Part shown: piece after piece, positions 24,454 through 36,746 of the stretch | Numbering within the stretch: the stretch's first letter is position 1 | How the letters are laid out: each line of letters starts with the position of its first letter | IMG/VR virus record: IMGVR_UViG_3300028888_001547 | Location: 42,599 to 106,598 of that record | Strand: one strand, 5' to 3' | DNA from: a virus | Taxonomy: Duplodnaviria; Caudoviricetes | Length of the DNA: 64,000 bases | Position numbers and translations under genes: made by a program | The notes under the pieces: generated by a model | What the model was told of the DNA's origin: nothing | Databases searched by the model: none | What the model saw: only the letters and a program-made list of their open reading frames with translations

Positions 24454-26939
24454 TTTTCTCCTGCTACTTTATTACGAATAGCAGCACGAGCTTTTACACG
24501 TTCACGTTCAAGAGCAGCATCATCTTTCTGTTTCTGCAACTCCATCTCGTGCTTCATACGCTACTTTTCGAGATCAATCTTCTTATCTTCTATCTCCTTC
24601 TTCTGACGAGCTTCATAACGCTTAGTATACTCGTCTGATGCAATCTTACGTTGCTGTGTAGCATCCTTAGCTATCTCCATAGGATCAGGTATACCATTAT
24701 TATTAGCATCCTTCTCTTCTGTACCACGATATGCACTAATCTCAGCTACTGCAATCTTAGTCTGATTATCAGCATCAATCTTGTAACGCTCAAGCTCCAT
24801 CTTAGCTTCTTCAAGCATAAGCTCTTGCTCACGCTGTTCATTCTGCATCTGTTGCAGTTGTACAGCTTGCTGTTGTTCAGCTTCTTGCTGTTGCTGTACA
24901 GCTTGCTCTTGACGCTCCTGCATTTCCTTAAGCTTCTGCTTAATAATGTTGAAGTTATCGTTAGTAAGTACTTCAGCTGCTTCAAGTAAGCTAGCACCAT
25001 TCTGCATAGCTGGCTGAATAAGCTGCTGTAACTTCTGGATATTCTCCATATCCTTAGAAGTATCACTTACAAATACATCCATATCCTCATAATAGAACTT
25101 CTCTGTAATATCAAGATATGCACGCTCGCCATTATCGAAGATATAGCTAAGCTTCTGTTTACCAGTCTGTCTCCATGCACCTTGTGCTGTGTTAAGCAAC
25201 ATGTTTAAAGCGTGACGTTTACACTGATTGTGTGCCCAGAACAAAGGTTCTGTAATATGTGAAGACTGTACAACACTACGTTCTACATTACCTACAAGCT
25301 CACTAGAACTAATAGCACCTTCACGTTGTTCTGTAATACCAGATATAGTACCTGCCAACTGTTCGATCTTGTCCATCAACTGAATATACTCAGCGATTAC
25401 GTTCGACATAGTAAGATCGAGAGAAGTGATTTGATTAAACGTAGCAGGCTTTCCGCCTTCTCTTCCTGGTACATTCCAACCTTCTTCATAAGGATTAATA
25501 AAGTTTACACCAACACTAGACAAGTAGTGCATCCATCTGTCTGGAGTAATATTCATAGATTTAGGAATCTATGTAATATCCATATTTACTACTTTTCCTT
25601 TATCTCTTGCTATAGCTAACTCTAGTCTGTACCAAAGCACTATATACATATACTGTAAAGGCTTAAGGATGCTAACCAAGGACCTAGGGCGACTATTGGT
25701 ATTAGAATAAACGCATCCGCAATAGGGAAGCTTCTGAGAATTTGGGTTATCGAGAGATACGTGCTGATATTCAAGAGGCTGAATGCCAAAGTATAAATCA
25801 GAACCTGCACGATATCCTTCCCATACTTCTATAATCCAATCTGGTTCAACAGAGATTTCCATACCTGTTTTCTTGTAGGATTCGTCTGCTATTTCTACTT
25901 GTGCTTGACCAGCTTCATCAAAGTATGTGACATAATATATCTTTTTGAACGACTTCCAACAACAGTGCCATACATTGATAGTATATCTACCTTTCTGGTC
26001 AAATATTGGATTGTCGTATATTCTCATACGGATACCACCACCAAAGTTATCAACAATATCTTTATCTCCCATATCGTTGACAGGTCTACCAGTAAGCATT
26101 TCGTTGAGCTTATTGAGATCCTTCTCTGTAAGTTTATCGTAATACCTATCATATATTTCAGCCATTGGCAAGCGCATCTTTCTGCAGCACCAAGAACCGT
26201 CTTCAATAAACTCAAGATCAGGACTGTGATCATATCCAAAGAACATTGGATTCACCCTCTCCATATAAGGCTCATCGTTCTGCACGCCCACGTAGTATAT
26301 CTCGGTACCAGCGATAAGAGCATCTTTCCAACCTTTAATAAATTCATTGTCTAAGCTTAGTTTTTCTCTTAAGTATGTGAGAGTGTGATATGCAGTATTC
26401 TCTACAACGTCTTTATAATCTTTTGTCATATACTTAGCGATTGCTTCTGGTGGCATTACTTCACCATTCTAAAGCTGTTGCTAGAATTGTTCAGCTTCTT
26501 CTGGACTCATACGAGCTGTAATAGATGCCATTATATATTGCATAAGCATCTCTTTCTCCTTGTCCATAAGTTCCGATGCGGCTTCCTACGACGTTCTCAC
26601 TACCCTGAAGTTCATTGGCCTCTTTGTCTCTTCACCTATAAGGAGGTCTACCTTAGGCCTTATTATATTGAAATCTTGAGGAGTAGCGGGAAACCCGTCT
26701 TCTACTTTGAACGGGTTTGTGATTCGCTTGAAGTCTTTTTCATCAAATATAGAATTATAAAGGTTGTAGTAGGTCTATAATTCTCCGAAAGGTGTATCTG
26801 CTGTGACACCAGACGTAACATTTCCCTCGCCTATAATAAAGTCAACACAATCGTGCTGCCACTTTTCATCTTTTTTCTTTAACGGGAGTTTTTGCTAAGG
26901 AAATGAGATGTTGTATAAATTATCTTCTACTCTAACCAT
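24450..26939 (-). CDS. Portal protein (~829 aa, TAG=Gln)
   Basis: ATG 26939 joins ORFs 25569..26456 and 24561..25556; NIIRPKVDLLIGEETKRP, EVWEGY and GITEQREG motifs; TGA 24450; directly downstream of the terminase. Confidence 0.9.
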
Positions 26940-26941
26940 TG

Positions 26942-29002
26942 TTAAAAGCTAAATAAAGGTATATCGTCTTTCACGTCGTTATCACCAGCATCCCAATAGC
27001 GCTAACTGAATAACGGCAATTCGAAGAGTTCAACCTGTTTGTTTTGTTCCTTTGCAGCTGATACTTTAACCTAGTATAGTTCTTCTCTATATATCATAAC
27101 CATACACAAAGCTATTAGACGGTCCACGTTTCGTTCTCCGTCATTCATTATTAGCTCTTCGATTAAAGGTTCGCTGTATACTCTTTCTAGATTAGGATGA
27201 CCTTCTTCGTATTCTTCGAGAAGCCATTCTAGTATTTTTCCTTCTCCGTAGGCCCTAATCTGTTTTGTCATGTGACAGCCTTTTCGGCGCTGTACTTTAC
27301 TGTCTTTAAAGACTTCCGTAATGATTTTATCTGGTTGATCAGCTAGCAGATAGTCACAGTGTTTGTTCGTGAAGTATGGGTAGATACCCTTACGTTCATT
27401 CTCGAACAACAGCCTGGCATTATAGAACATGAGAAGCTTTCTTACGTTCTCATAATATTCTTCTGCTGTGTCAGGCCTTCCTGTGTACTCTGCTACTATC
27501 ACGTCGTTCCAGGCTTCTCCTGCTTTAACGCGTTTAAAAATAAACGTCGATCCTAAGGAGTTAGTGAACGACTCGTCATGATCATACGGGTCGCAACCGC
27601 CAATGTATAATCCGAATGGGGGATCTGGGATTGGGTATTCCCATATGACTACCGATCCGCTTGGTTTGTCATCTTTCTTTAATGGGTAAGTAGTTATATC
27701 ACCAGATTTCTTTTCATGTGCTTCAACGCCACCGTTACCATTCCATGAAAGATCCACAACGTGCTTCATATTCTAAAGCTTTTTGTTTGTCCTAATGCGG
27801 GTTAATTGATCCATCAGCATCTTACGAGGAAATATATTCTTACCAAGTTCCAGTACAGCCTCCTGTGGTTTGATAGGACGTTCAGATATAAATCTATCTA
27901 TAGACTACTGACTGGCGCCCCCATCTTTAATTTTATTACGCTGATGAATGAGTTCTTCTATAGCAAGTTCTTTTATACTGTTTCCATCGGGATCCATTAA
28001 AGGTTGTCCTTGCTCATTATGTCCTTCCATATTACTCCAAGAAGGAACAAAGAATCCGCAATTAGTTTGTTCAGCTTTATCATCCCATATGTTTGGGAAG
28101 CTAAGAACATTGTATGCGTCTGGTTTATAGAACAGTTCCTTTAGACCATCAAAGCTACCTCCTTCAGTACCGCCGGTACCAAAACCAATCATTAGACCGA
28201 AAGCTTTACCATCGTCAGTTTCTACAGCAGGCTGTTCAATACGCCACGCTGTAAGTAGATTTGGGAATTTACCACCCTCCTCCCATAGTACAAGTTTACC
28301 ACGAGTACCACGAATACGTTCAGGGTCGTTCTTCAAAGTAATACCAGCTATACGTGACATATAACCTTGTTCGGTTTCTTTACCAAACTCATCTTTTACT
28401 TTGAAACCAGATACACGCTCCATACGAGTATTAACAAGACGTTGCTTAGACCATCCTGTGTGTTTGTCTATGAAATCCATGATCTACCATGCTTTTGTAA
28501 GCAATCCGTCGCCAGTTAAATACTTCTGCTCTGAAGCTACAGCAAAGTTTTGTGAACCTTTTATAAGTTCGTAATTACGAACAAGCATCGATGCTCCTTT
28601 GAAAGAGTATCCTCTTTGACGAGCTTTAAGTACAGCCATATGCTTTCCTTCATCTTCAGCTTGTTCTATAGCGTTGAAATAATAATAATCGTAGTCCCAG
28701 AACCTCGGGAAGCCAAATATACGTTCACGACGTTTTCTTGTATTGCCGTATCTGTCAGTATATTCAACTTCGTCGAGCTTCATTATAGGACAGTAGTTTA
28801 AATAAAAATAGTGGTAGCCTGTAATAGCATCCCCATCGGGAGCGACATAACCGTTTAGACAGCGATCAGTTTCGCGATCCCAATATTGTATATAATCGGT
28901 AGTTCCACGCGGCGCCAAAGTATAACATCCATTCTACTAGAAGAAGATGGCCGCATATCTAAATTTGTCAGAGTTTAAAATTTTCTTATTAAAGTCTACC
29001 AT
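26942..29002 (-). CDS. terL: Terminase large subunit (~686 aa, at least 7 TAG=Gln)
   Basis: Walker A region LKARQRGYS, Walker B VLWEEGG, GTGG coupling motif, nuclease GCDPY..D and DRLIA; three ORF fragments in one frame separated only by TAG. Confidence 0.92.
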
Positions 29003-29013
29003 AGTTTATTGTG

Positions 29014-31122
29014 TTATCCAAGAACAATAGGGAATTCTGCGGGGAACTATGATGTTTCTGGATCTCCCCACAAGAAGTATATTGTATTATCGTCAGGTTC
29101 ATTTAAAGCAAGATATTCGCTCTACTGCATGAATGCGTGATTATATCTATTAGATGATATCGGTGCCATTACGTTACCGTATATAAACGCTGTATATGTT
29201 ACAGATGTTGGAAGAGTCGTCTATATTGGAGTACACCACACGTTTCTAAGTACAAGATCTCCGAACGTAGCTTCCTCATAATACTGCATATTGTTTCCAT
29301 AAATAACGCCAGTCTCATCGTTTTCCCATGTGAATGAGATATGAGTTACTTTCTTTGCGTTGGTTTCATCCATAGAAACGTATGCCAAATATAAAGGTTC
29401 TTCTATAGAACCAGCAGCTACTACAGTCATGTTTCCGTGTATAGAAGATACTTGTCCTTGTATTTGATCTACAATATCATCTATCTCAGATTTAGTATAT
29501 GAATCGACAGTTTCAGCGTTTCCGTTTCTTACTTGGAATTGTGCTGTTCTATCATCATCCAGGGTTACAGTAAGAACGTTTATTCCTCCATTATCAGTAG
29601 AGGTAGTAGTCTGTACTACGCTCTTTATACCAATACCGTCGTCACCTTTATCGCCCTTGTCGCCCTTATCACCTTTGTCTCCAGTATCGCCTTTGTCGCC
29701 TTTAGGGCCTTGTTCACCTTTTGGGCCCTATGCACCATCTGCACCTCTGTCGCCTTTATCACCTTTAGGTCCTTGGATACCTTGGATACCTTGAATACCT
29801 TGATCACCCTTATCACCTTTAGGTCCCTGAGCACCATCGGCACCTGTATCACCCTTATCTCCTTTATCGCCTTTATCACCTTTGATTCCTGCAGCACCGC
29901 TAAGTGTAGATATGTAATTAAAGCCACTGCTTGTCTTCATATACAATTTTCCATTATCTGTATATGAAGGATCGCTATTCGATATGATTACAAATTTATT
30001 TTCTGCAACGTTACCTGCATCGTCATTCATATCAGAAATAGACGAGTAGCTCTTATATATCGAGAATGGATCACCGGTATCTCCCTTAGGTCCTTGAGCT
30101 CCAGTAGGTCCTGCGGGACCCTATATTCCTTGTAAGCCTCGTTCACCCTAAATACCTTGTTCACCTTGAGGTCCCTACGCACCGGTAGCGCCAGTATCAC
30201 CTTTTGGACCCTGAGCACCAGTTGCTCCTTGGACACCTTGTAAACCTTGTGATCCGGTATCTCCTTTAGGTCCTTTTGCAACTACACCAGTAGATGTATA
30301 AGATGTTCCACCATTAGTAGATACTTCCCATTCAAGGGTTGTTGGGTTTATTCTAATAAGAGGTGTTGTACCATCGTTTCCACGAGCTTTAACTTGAGTA
30401 TCGGTACTTCCAACAAACCAGTTGCCGTTCATTCCGATAGTTGGAGAAACGCCATCAGTACCATTATCTCCTTTAGGACCTTTTAAGGCAGCTAGTTGCT
30501 GTGGTGTAAAATCTTCATATGTAAAATCATGACCAGATTGTCCTTCAGCACCCTATGCTCTTACTCCAGTATCTGTATCGCCTATAAACCAATGTCCGGA
30601 TTGGGAATCAATATGCGGAGTTACACCATCTTGACCATCTGCACCGTCTGTACCATCACGACCAGGAGCACCTTGTTCACCCTATTCACCAGTAAGACCG
30701 CGCTCTCCAGGTTCTCCTTTGGGACCTTTAAGCGCTTCTAACTATTCTTCTGTGAAATCTTCGTACGTAAAAGGATCTCCAGTCTCTCCCTGCTCACCTT
30801 TTTCGCCAGTTTCTCCTTTATCACCTTTATCTCCTTTGTCACCCTTTTCTCCCTTAAGGCCAGCTTCGCTAATTGCCTTAGCAATCATTGTTGCAATCTC
30901 TTCAGAATCTATATTAGAATCATCAGAGTTACAGCATCTTCCTTTGTTTTGAAGTACAAGGTTGAGCGTAGCATTAGCATCAAGTATATCGCCTTCTTTA
31001 AATGCAGGGTGACTAGGCGGATAATTACCGATGAGCACATTTGGATGCATATCTCTTCTGGCAGATGTGCCAAACTATGCAAGATCCTTAAGTGCTTGTT
31101 TTTTCTTTATACCTAATATCAT
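29014..31122 (-). CDS. Collagen-like (Gly-X-Y) fibre protein (~702 aa, TAG=Gln)
   Basis: ORFs 30742..31050, 30175..30432, 29728..30030 and 29221..29430 in one frame; GDKGDKG/GPKG repeats, GNWFVG linkers, FTYEDFT..L.ALKGPKG repeats. Confidence 0.85.
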
Positions 31123-31136
31123 ACAGCTTCAGTATT

Positions 31137-31607
31137 TTAAGATTCAGTTGGTGTTATGATTGCTTCAAGCGCTTCGATTCTAGCTATAAGGCTTGCAATA
31201 TCCGGTGTGTTGATCAAATCGGTATATGAACCCGATGTTGCTACAGTAGCGAGATCTGCACTATTTGCTTTAGCCTGGTTCAATGCTTGTTCTGCTGCTT
31301 CAGCTCTCTCCTGTTCGGCATCTACATCATCTTTACGATCCTAAATTTCGTCATCGATCTTTTTGTTTAAAGCATCTTCGGCAGCTTTAGCTCTAGCTTC
31401 TTCTCCATGAGCATACTCGTCAAGCTCACGAATATTATCGTGTTGAGCATGCGAGTTGTTTACAATAACATCAATTGTTTTATTAGCGTCCCAAAATTCA
31501 GCAACGTGTTGTTTGCCGTTGTCTGAAATTACGGCTTTTGGCATAAATTCTGTACGAATATGAGTGCCAGTACTTACAAGGTCTTTAAGTAATACTTTTC
31601 TTTCCAT
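31137..31607 (-). CDS. Short fibre-like protein (~156 aa, TAG=Gln)
   Basis: Coiled coil and LATVATSGSYTDL motif; N-terminus resembles that of the collagen protein. Confidence 0.65.
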
Positions 31608-31615
31608 ATTATATA

Positions 31616-32128
31616 TTACATTTCGTAGAGGCCTATAACACCTCCACCTTTAACTTTACCTGTCTCTAACTACTCAGCCTTAGCCTATTTCATAGCCACA
31701 TCTAGAGACTTAACTATGTTTCCGACATCCTTTAAAATACGTGTTACTTTAATAGCGGTGTCTATGTCCATATTACCCTACGAGTAGTCATTTAGGGCAG
31801 CTATCAGCCCCTCCGCTGCAGTCTATGATGCCGCAAGCAATCTTGTTCCTGGAGTTTCTTGAAACTCCGTAAAGCGCTACGCTAGCTGTTTTACCTATGC
31901 AGTGGGTTCATATTTTTCATCATGAAATACATCCTTTGCTACGATAGAAGCCCGTTCCGACATAGGGTACGCTTCATATGGTGTATTCCATTTATAAAGC
32001 CATATTACATATTCGATCTCCTTCAACGCCTAAGACTTATCCTCAGCACCATTGAAATGATCTCTAAATGGCGGTATGGCTAAGTCTTCGGTGTTGAGAG
32101 ATATTTTATTACCTTTTATATCAAACAT
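31616..32128 (-). CDS. Conserved crAss-like protein upstream of terL (candidate small terminase; 170 aa, 7 TAG)
   Basis: Absent from the ORF track; ATG 32128 (MFDIKGNKI) to TAA 31616, ending GKVKGGGVIGLYEM. Confidence 0.6.
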
Positions 32129-32516
32129 AAAAGCTCAGTATTTTTTCAAGCATCTTATACATACGTTGTACAAGATACCCAATAAGGTAGGCGGCTGTTT
32201 CAGAGTCTTCGTCTATGCTGTAATATTCACATACGTGTGACTATACATGTTTAGCTTCATGTATTGCAGTATTAACAAACTAACTAACGTTTGTAGTTTT
32301 GCCTATACACACAATGCTCATCTTATAGTCAGTATTACTAAAAGTAAATCCGGTATTCTTTCTACCGAGCGCGTTATACGCAGCAATTATATGCTTTTTT
32401 GGACAATCTAATTGCAGTAACGAATCTTCTATTTCTGCAAAGTCTTCTCGTCCTGCGTTATAGTACACTAAAACATTCCAACCTTTATTTCCTAGTTGTA
32501 TATATTGTGCTGCCAT
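32121..32516 (-). CDS. Small zincin-like (HExxH) protein (131 aa, TAG=Gln)
   Basis: Read-through gives NTAIHEAKHV..ETAAYLIGY; TGA 32121. Confidence 0.65.
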
Positions 32517-32524
32517 AACGAAGA

Positions 32525-33019
32525 TTATTGTTTATTTTTTAATAAGGATTCAAGTCTATCTAATGTATCCTGTATACTATCTACTCTCTATGAAAGATCT
32601 GTTATAGCGCTATCCCGTTCTTGCTCTTTAGCATATACTGGATTTAATGTCTTAAGGATCTTTTCATAAGCTACCATATCAGATTTACGCTTATCCATAC
32701 TATCCAATATGTCTTTATTTGATTGTAGAAGCCCGTCTACTTCCGATATCATAGCCTCTTTACTTTCACTAAGAGTATAATCACCATAAGTATGTAATGA
32801 CAGACTTGCTGGTACACAGAATTCTTTCTTCTCATCGTCTACGCGTGTCGTTATATCTACTACAGTCTACATATTAGTACCAAGACTAACTGAAGGATTG
32901 TAAGTAGGATACATTGGGCGTGGTGTAGATACATTTTCAACGTACCCGATCTTTACTTCGGGCGTACTCGTCCTATCTAGTATATAGATAGTGGAGCCAT
33001 TTCTAAGTGTAGAAAACAT
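32525..33019 (-). CDS. Hypothetical protein with C-terminal coiled coil (164 aa, TAG=Gln)
   Basis: ATG 33019 (MFSTLRNGSTIYILD) to TAA 32525 with two TAGs. Confidence 0.65.
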
Positions 33020-33037
33020 AATAATAATTATGCTGTA

Positions 33038-33055
33038 CAGGGGCCGAAGCCCCTG
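33038..33055 (-). promoter_or_regulatory. UUCG-capped GC hairpin (terminator or stability element)
   Basis: CAGGGGC-TTCG-GCCCCTG in an intergenic gap. Confidence 0.5.
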
Positions 33056-33070
33056 AGAGCATATTTTACA

Positions 33071-33376
33071 TCACGCGAAGCGACGACGCATACGGAGACC
33101 GCGGCTTCTATGACCCATACGTTTCATATAAGACTTAATCCCGCTCTCTTCGTCATCGTGGCGGTATTCTTTATCTGATTCAGTTACACCACGAAGGCTC
33201 ATCTCGCCTTCTTCAAGTGAACGTTCTTGTTCATCCATTGACGCATCGTAACAATCGTACATAGCGTTCTCTAACTCACACAAAGTAAGCTTAGTCTTTT
33301 TAGCATTCAGCTTAGCTTCGTCAAGTAGTTCAAACGCTGTCTCATACGCAGCGTCACGCATTTCAATAACTACCAT
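33071..33376 (-). CDS. Hypothetical protein (101 aa)
   Basis: Intact ORF with an Arg-rich C-terminus. Confidence 0.6.
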   Translation of the reverse strand: MVVIEMRDAAYETAFELLDEAKLNAKKTKLTLCELENAMYDCYDASMDEQERSLEEGEMSLRGVTESDKEYRHDDEESGIKSYMKRMGHRSRGLRMRRRFA

Positions 33377-33402
33377 AATTTAATAATGTTAAAATGTTAA
33401 TA

Positions 33403-33735
33403 TTAAGCTGCTACAGCAGAGGTTATCTGCAGTATGCCATTAAATCGATCGTTGAAGACCGTAATAATACCTGTGCCTGTTAAATCGGCAGCGGTTACAG
33501 GGGTTCCATTGAAGAAAGTAAGCGGTCTAGCTGTACCATTCAATGTGAGGGTTATAGGTAATGTCCCTGTAGTACCCTCAGGAATAGCATCCTAGATACG
33601 AACTGTAAAGTAACCAACAGGTTGAATACGACGGAAACCTAAAGCAAAGTCTACCGCTGTATCAGTTACAGTTACGTTAGTTGTGCTTAAGTATGGAACT
33701 CCATTTACGTTTGTAGTTACATTAAAGCACCCCAT
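33403..33735 (-). CDS. Hypothetical beta-rich protein (110 aa, TAG=Gln)
   Basis: ATG 33735 (MGCFNVTTNVNG) to TAA 33403 with one TAG. Confidence 0.65.
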
Positions 33736-33746
33736 ATCACTTACTA

Positions 33747-34637
33747 TTAAAATGAAACATTGTTGCTCCAACCATTCCAACCACCGTAGAAACCTCCCAT
33801 GTATGGAGTAGTATTAACTGCGGTCAGTTGAGGCCACTGTACAGGTACTGTATTAGGCTGTGAAGCCTTAATAGTTGCGAGCTCAGTAGCAACATTATTA
33901 AATTTCTCGTTAATAAATGCAGTCTGGCGGTCATTGTTTATATTAGAACGCAACAGAGCATTGTCAGCTGTCAAAGAGTTGATCTTATCCTGCAGCTCTC
34001 TCTTTTCGAGATCACAGAACTTGTCGTTGATCATTACACTCTGACTCTGTATTGCATCTACGATGTTGCGAGTATTACGCTCAGCCTGTGTGCTCAGCGT
34101 GTTTGTTTGCTGACATACTGCAAGCTGATCGGCTGCTTGATTTGCGGCCATCTGAGACTGCAGTGCGTTGGTCTGGTTGGCAATAGCCAAACGATTCTCA
34201 CAGCAGCACTGACAGATCTGGCTTGCTATAGATGCATTACCACTCTGGATAGCGTTCTAAATTTGCAATCCGCTCATGCCCACCTGAGTACCAACAGAAG
34301 TAATAGCGTTGTTGAGAGTAAAGATACCATTCTGTACAGTGTTTATTTCTGTGTTCAGAAGACCAGCAAGGTCACGAATAGCGTTACCATTACCCTGGAT
34401 AGCATTCATAAGCAGTTCACGACCAGAGTCGTTAGCAATCTGGTTAGAGAGGAATCCGTTATTACCGTTTCCGCCCCAGTTACCATTGCCACCCCAGCCC
34501 CAAATAAGCCAGAGGAACAGAATCCATATCCAATTGTTACCACCAAATCCACCATTATTGTTAAGAGCCATAAGCAGATTCGGATCAATACTGTTACTTC
34601 CCATCTCAGGGAACATCATAATTTTAGAACTTTCCAT
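33747..34637 (-). CDS. Gly/Asn/Trp-rich membrane protein with coiled coil (296 aa, TAG=Gln)
   Basis: ORFs 34257..34637 and 33747..34190 joined; WIWILFLWLIWGWGGNG TM segment and CQCCCENRLAI. Confidence 0.7.
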
Positions 34638-34708
34638 AGTTTTATTTATCGTTGATAATTAATAGTTTGTTGTTGATAATCCGCATTGTACAGCGCGGAA
34701 ACTGTTTG

Positions 34709-34811
34709 CGCGTGGTGACGGAATCGAACCGCCAACAGGTGCCTCCTTCACTTGCCGCCACAACGCGTTTGCAAGCACTTGTCTCCCGCTTTACCATTAA
34801 GCTAACCACGC
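34709..34811 (-). ncRNA. tRNA-like RNA with enlarged, non-canonical anticodon arm
   Basis: Acceptor GCGTGGT/ACCACGC, D arm AGCTTAATGGTAAAGC, T arm GGCGG-TTCGATT-CCGTC; central region of ~50 nt. Confidence 0.6.
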
Positions 34812-34845
34812 AATCCCTATTTTAGACAGTTAGGGTTCTGTTATA

Positions 34846-36744
34846 TTATGAAGATAGTTCAGACATTGCTGACGCTTTACTACTCCAGTATTGAGCTGAT
34901 TGATATGCCGATAACGTACCAGCAGGAACTTTAATATATGTCATACCTCCCAAAGCATTCTAGTTAGCCAAAGTTGGAGGTGTGGTAGCCAGTACAGTTA
35001 ATTTAACACCTTTTGTTCCGTATAGGAAATTTTCACCTATTTCAGTAACGCCAGCGGGTATTGTTAACTCTAAGTTACTACTACCACAATAAGAAAACAT
35101 GCCTGATGGCAATTTTGTTATATTCGGGTTTAATGTTGCTGACGACAGCGCCGTACAGGATGCAAATTGACTACCTGTCCCGTATCCTGCATTATAAAAC
35201 AAAGACTGTTCTGATATATTAGACAAATCTACACTTTGCAAACTTGTACATTCTTGAAAACAATTTGCACCAAGAGCGATATCCGCATTAAATACAATAG
35301 ACTGTAACGATTTAGCCTTCTAAATACCTTTGTGGCCTATAGTACCACCACCTAAAAATTCTATAGACTATACGTTTGAATTTTCAAAACTTTGCATACC
35401 TATAGATACTCCATCTTTAAACTAAACGCTTGTTGGAATATTAGTACCACTAAAGGCCGTCATACCAAAATTAGAAACTTTATCCAAGTTTGTAAACGTA
35501 CAATTTTTACAATTTCTAAACGCACTATTTTGTATAGTTGTAGTATTTGCAAAATCAAACGTGCTTGCTAAATTAGTACACCCTTCGAATGCGCTTGCAC
35601 CAATAGACGTTATTCCGCTAACACCTGTAAGAGTAGTAAGATTTGAACAATCTCTAAAAGCTTCTTTATTGATCTGGGTAACTCCTGTTATATCAAGTTG
35701 ACGTAAACTTGTACAAGATTTAAAACATGAGTTAGGTATTGTGTGTCCAACAATATTAGACCAATCTATATCAACTGCTGTTAGAGATGTACAGCCGTTA
35801 AAACAATCATTACTAATTGTTGTTACATTTGATAAACCAGTAAGCGTAGTTAACGATGAACAGTTCTTAAATGCTTCACCATTCATGGTAGTAACACCAG
35901 ATAATCCGGTTATACTAGACAAATTTGTACAATTTATAAAACAGGTCGCTGGAATTTTATGCGTGTTTGAAGATACATTTATTGACGTAATAAGAGTACA
36001 TCCACTGAAATCACTGCCTTCATTATTACTTGTGCCTAACAAAAACTATACATTAGTAAAATTATTACTTGTCAGTTTACTACAATTTTCAAATGATCTC
36101 TACGCTAATGTTATCTCTCCTGAAAGTCCAGATATAGTCTCTAGATTACTACAACCTCTAAACGCAGACGCTCCTATTTTTTCAAGGCTGCTACTTGCAA
36201 TAACCGTTTTTAACGCAGTACATCCCCAAAATGTTGGATCATTCACATATGTATGTTCATGTCCAATCATCGTAAGATTACTAATATCTATCTCTTCAAG
36301 AGCCGTCCAATCTTTAAAACTATAATAACTAGTTCCTTGTCCGTTCCAACCTCCACTAGAAGATGCTGTTATATTAGTAAAATATCTAAACTCATTAAAC
36401 TTAGTAACAGTTGTATTAGCAGTACTTGAATATATGCTAGTAGCGGCTGCAGCCTATGATTCAGTAACCATACCATTGCTACCTACACCTATAGAGTTCA
36501 AATAAGTAACTATGTTAGGATCTTCAAACTCCATGGCATAATCATCTGCATTGATGTATAGACTAGGATATGTAGATGTCAACCATTGGATTTGGCTTCG
36601 TATTCCTACAGCACTATGTAATCTACCCTACAAATTACTAGACACATCAAGTCCAGCATGAGCAATCTCATATAGTTTAGTAATCATAGAAGAACTTACT
36701 TCTTCAATTACTCCATTATTTTGTTCTATTCTTAAATGTGTCAT
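34846..36744 (-). CDS. BspA-like leucine-rich repeat (LRR_5) protein (~632 aa, TAG=Gln)
   Basis: Repeats of the form I...AF.GCTSLT; KFNEFRYFT motif; C-terminal ATTPPTL..IKVPAGTLSAYQSA.YW; fragments in one frame. Confidence 0.8.
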
Positions 36745-36746
36745 AG

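Noticed and set aside
24450-29002. Inteins or self-splicing introns in terminase/portal
   Set aside because: Reconstructed lengths (686 and 829 aa) are ordinary, and no homing endonuclease or splice motifs were seen
29630-30860. Tandem 9-bp repeats as CRISPR or VNTR
   Set aside because: They encode collagen Gly-X-Y triplets; there is no repeat-spacer structure or cas gene
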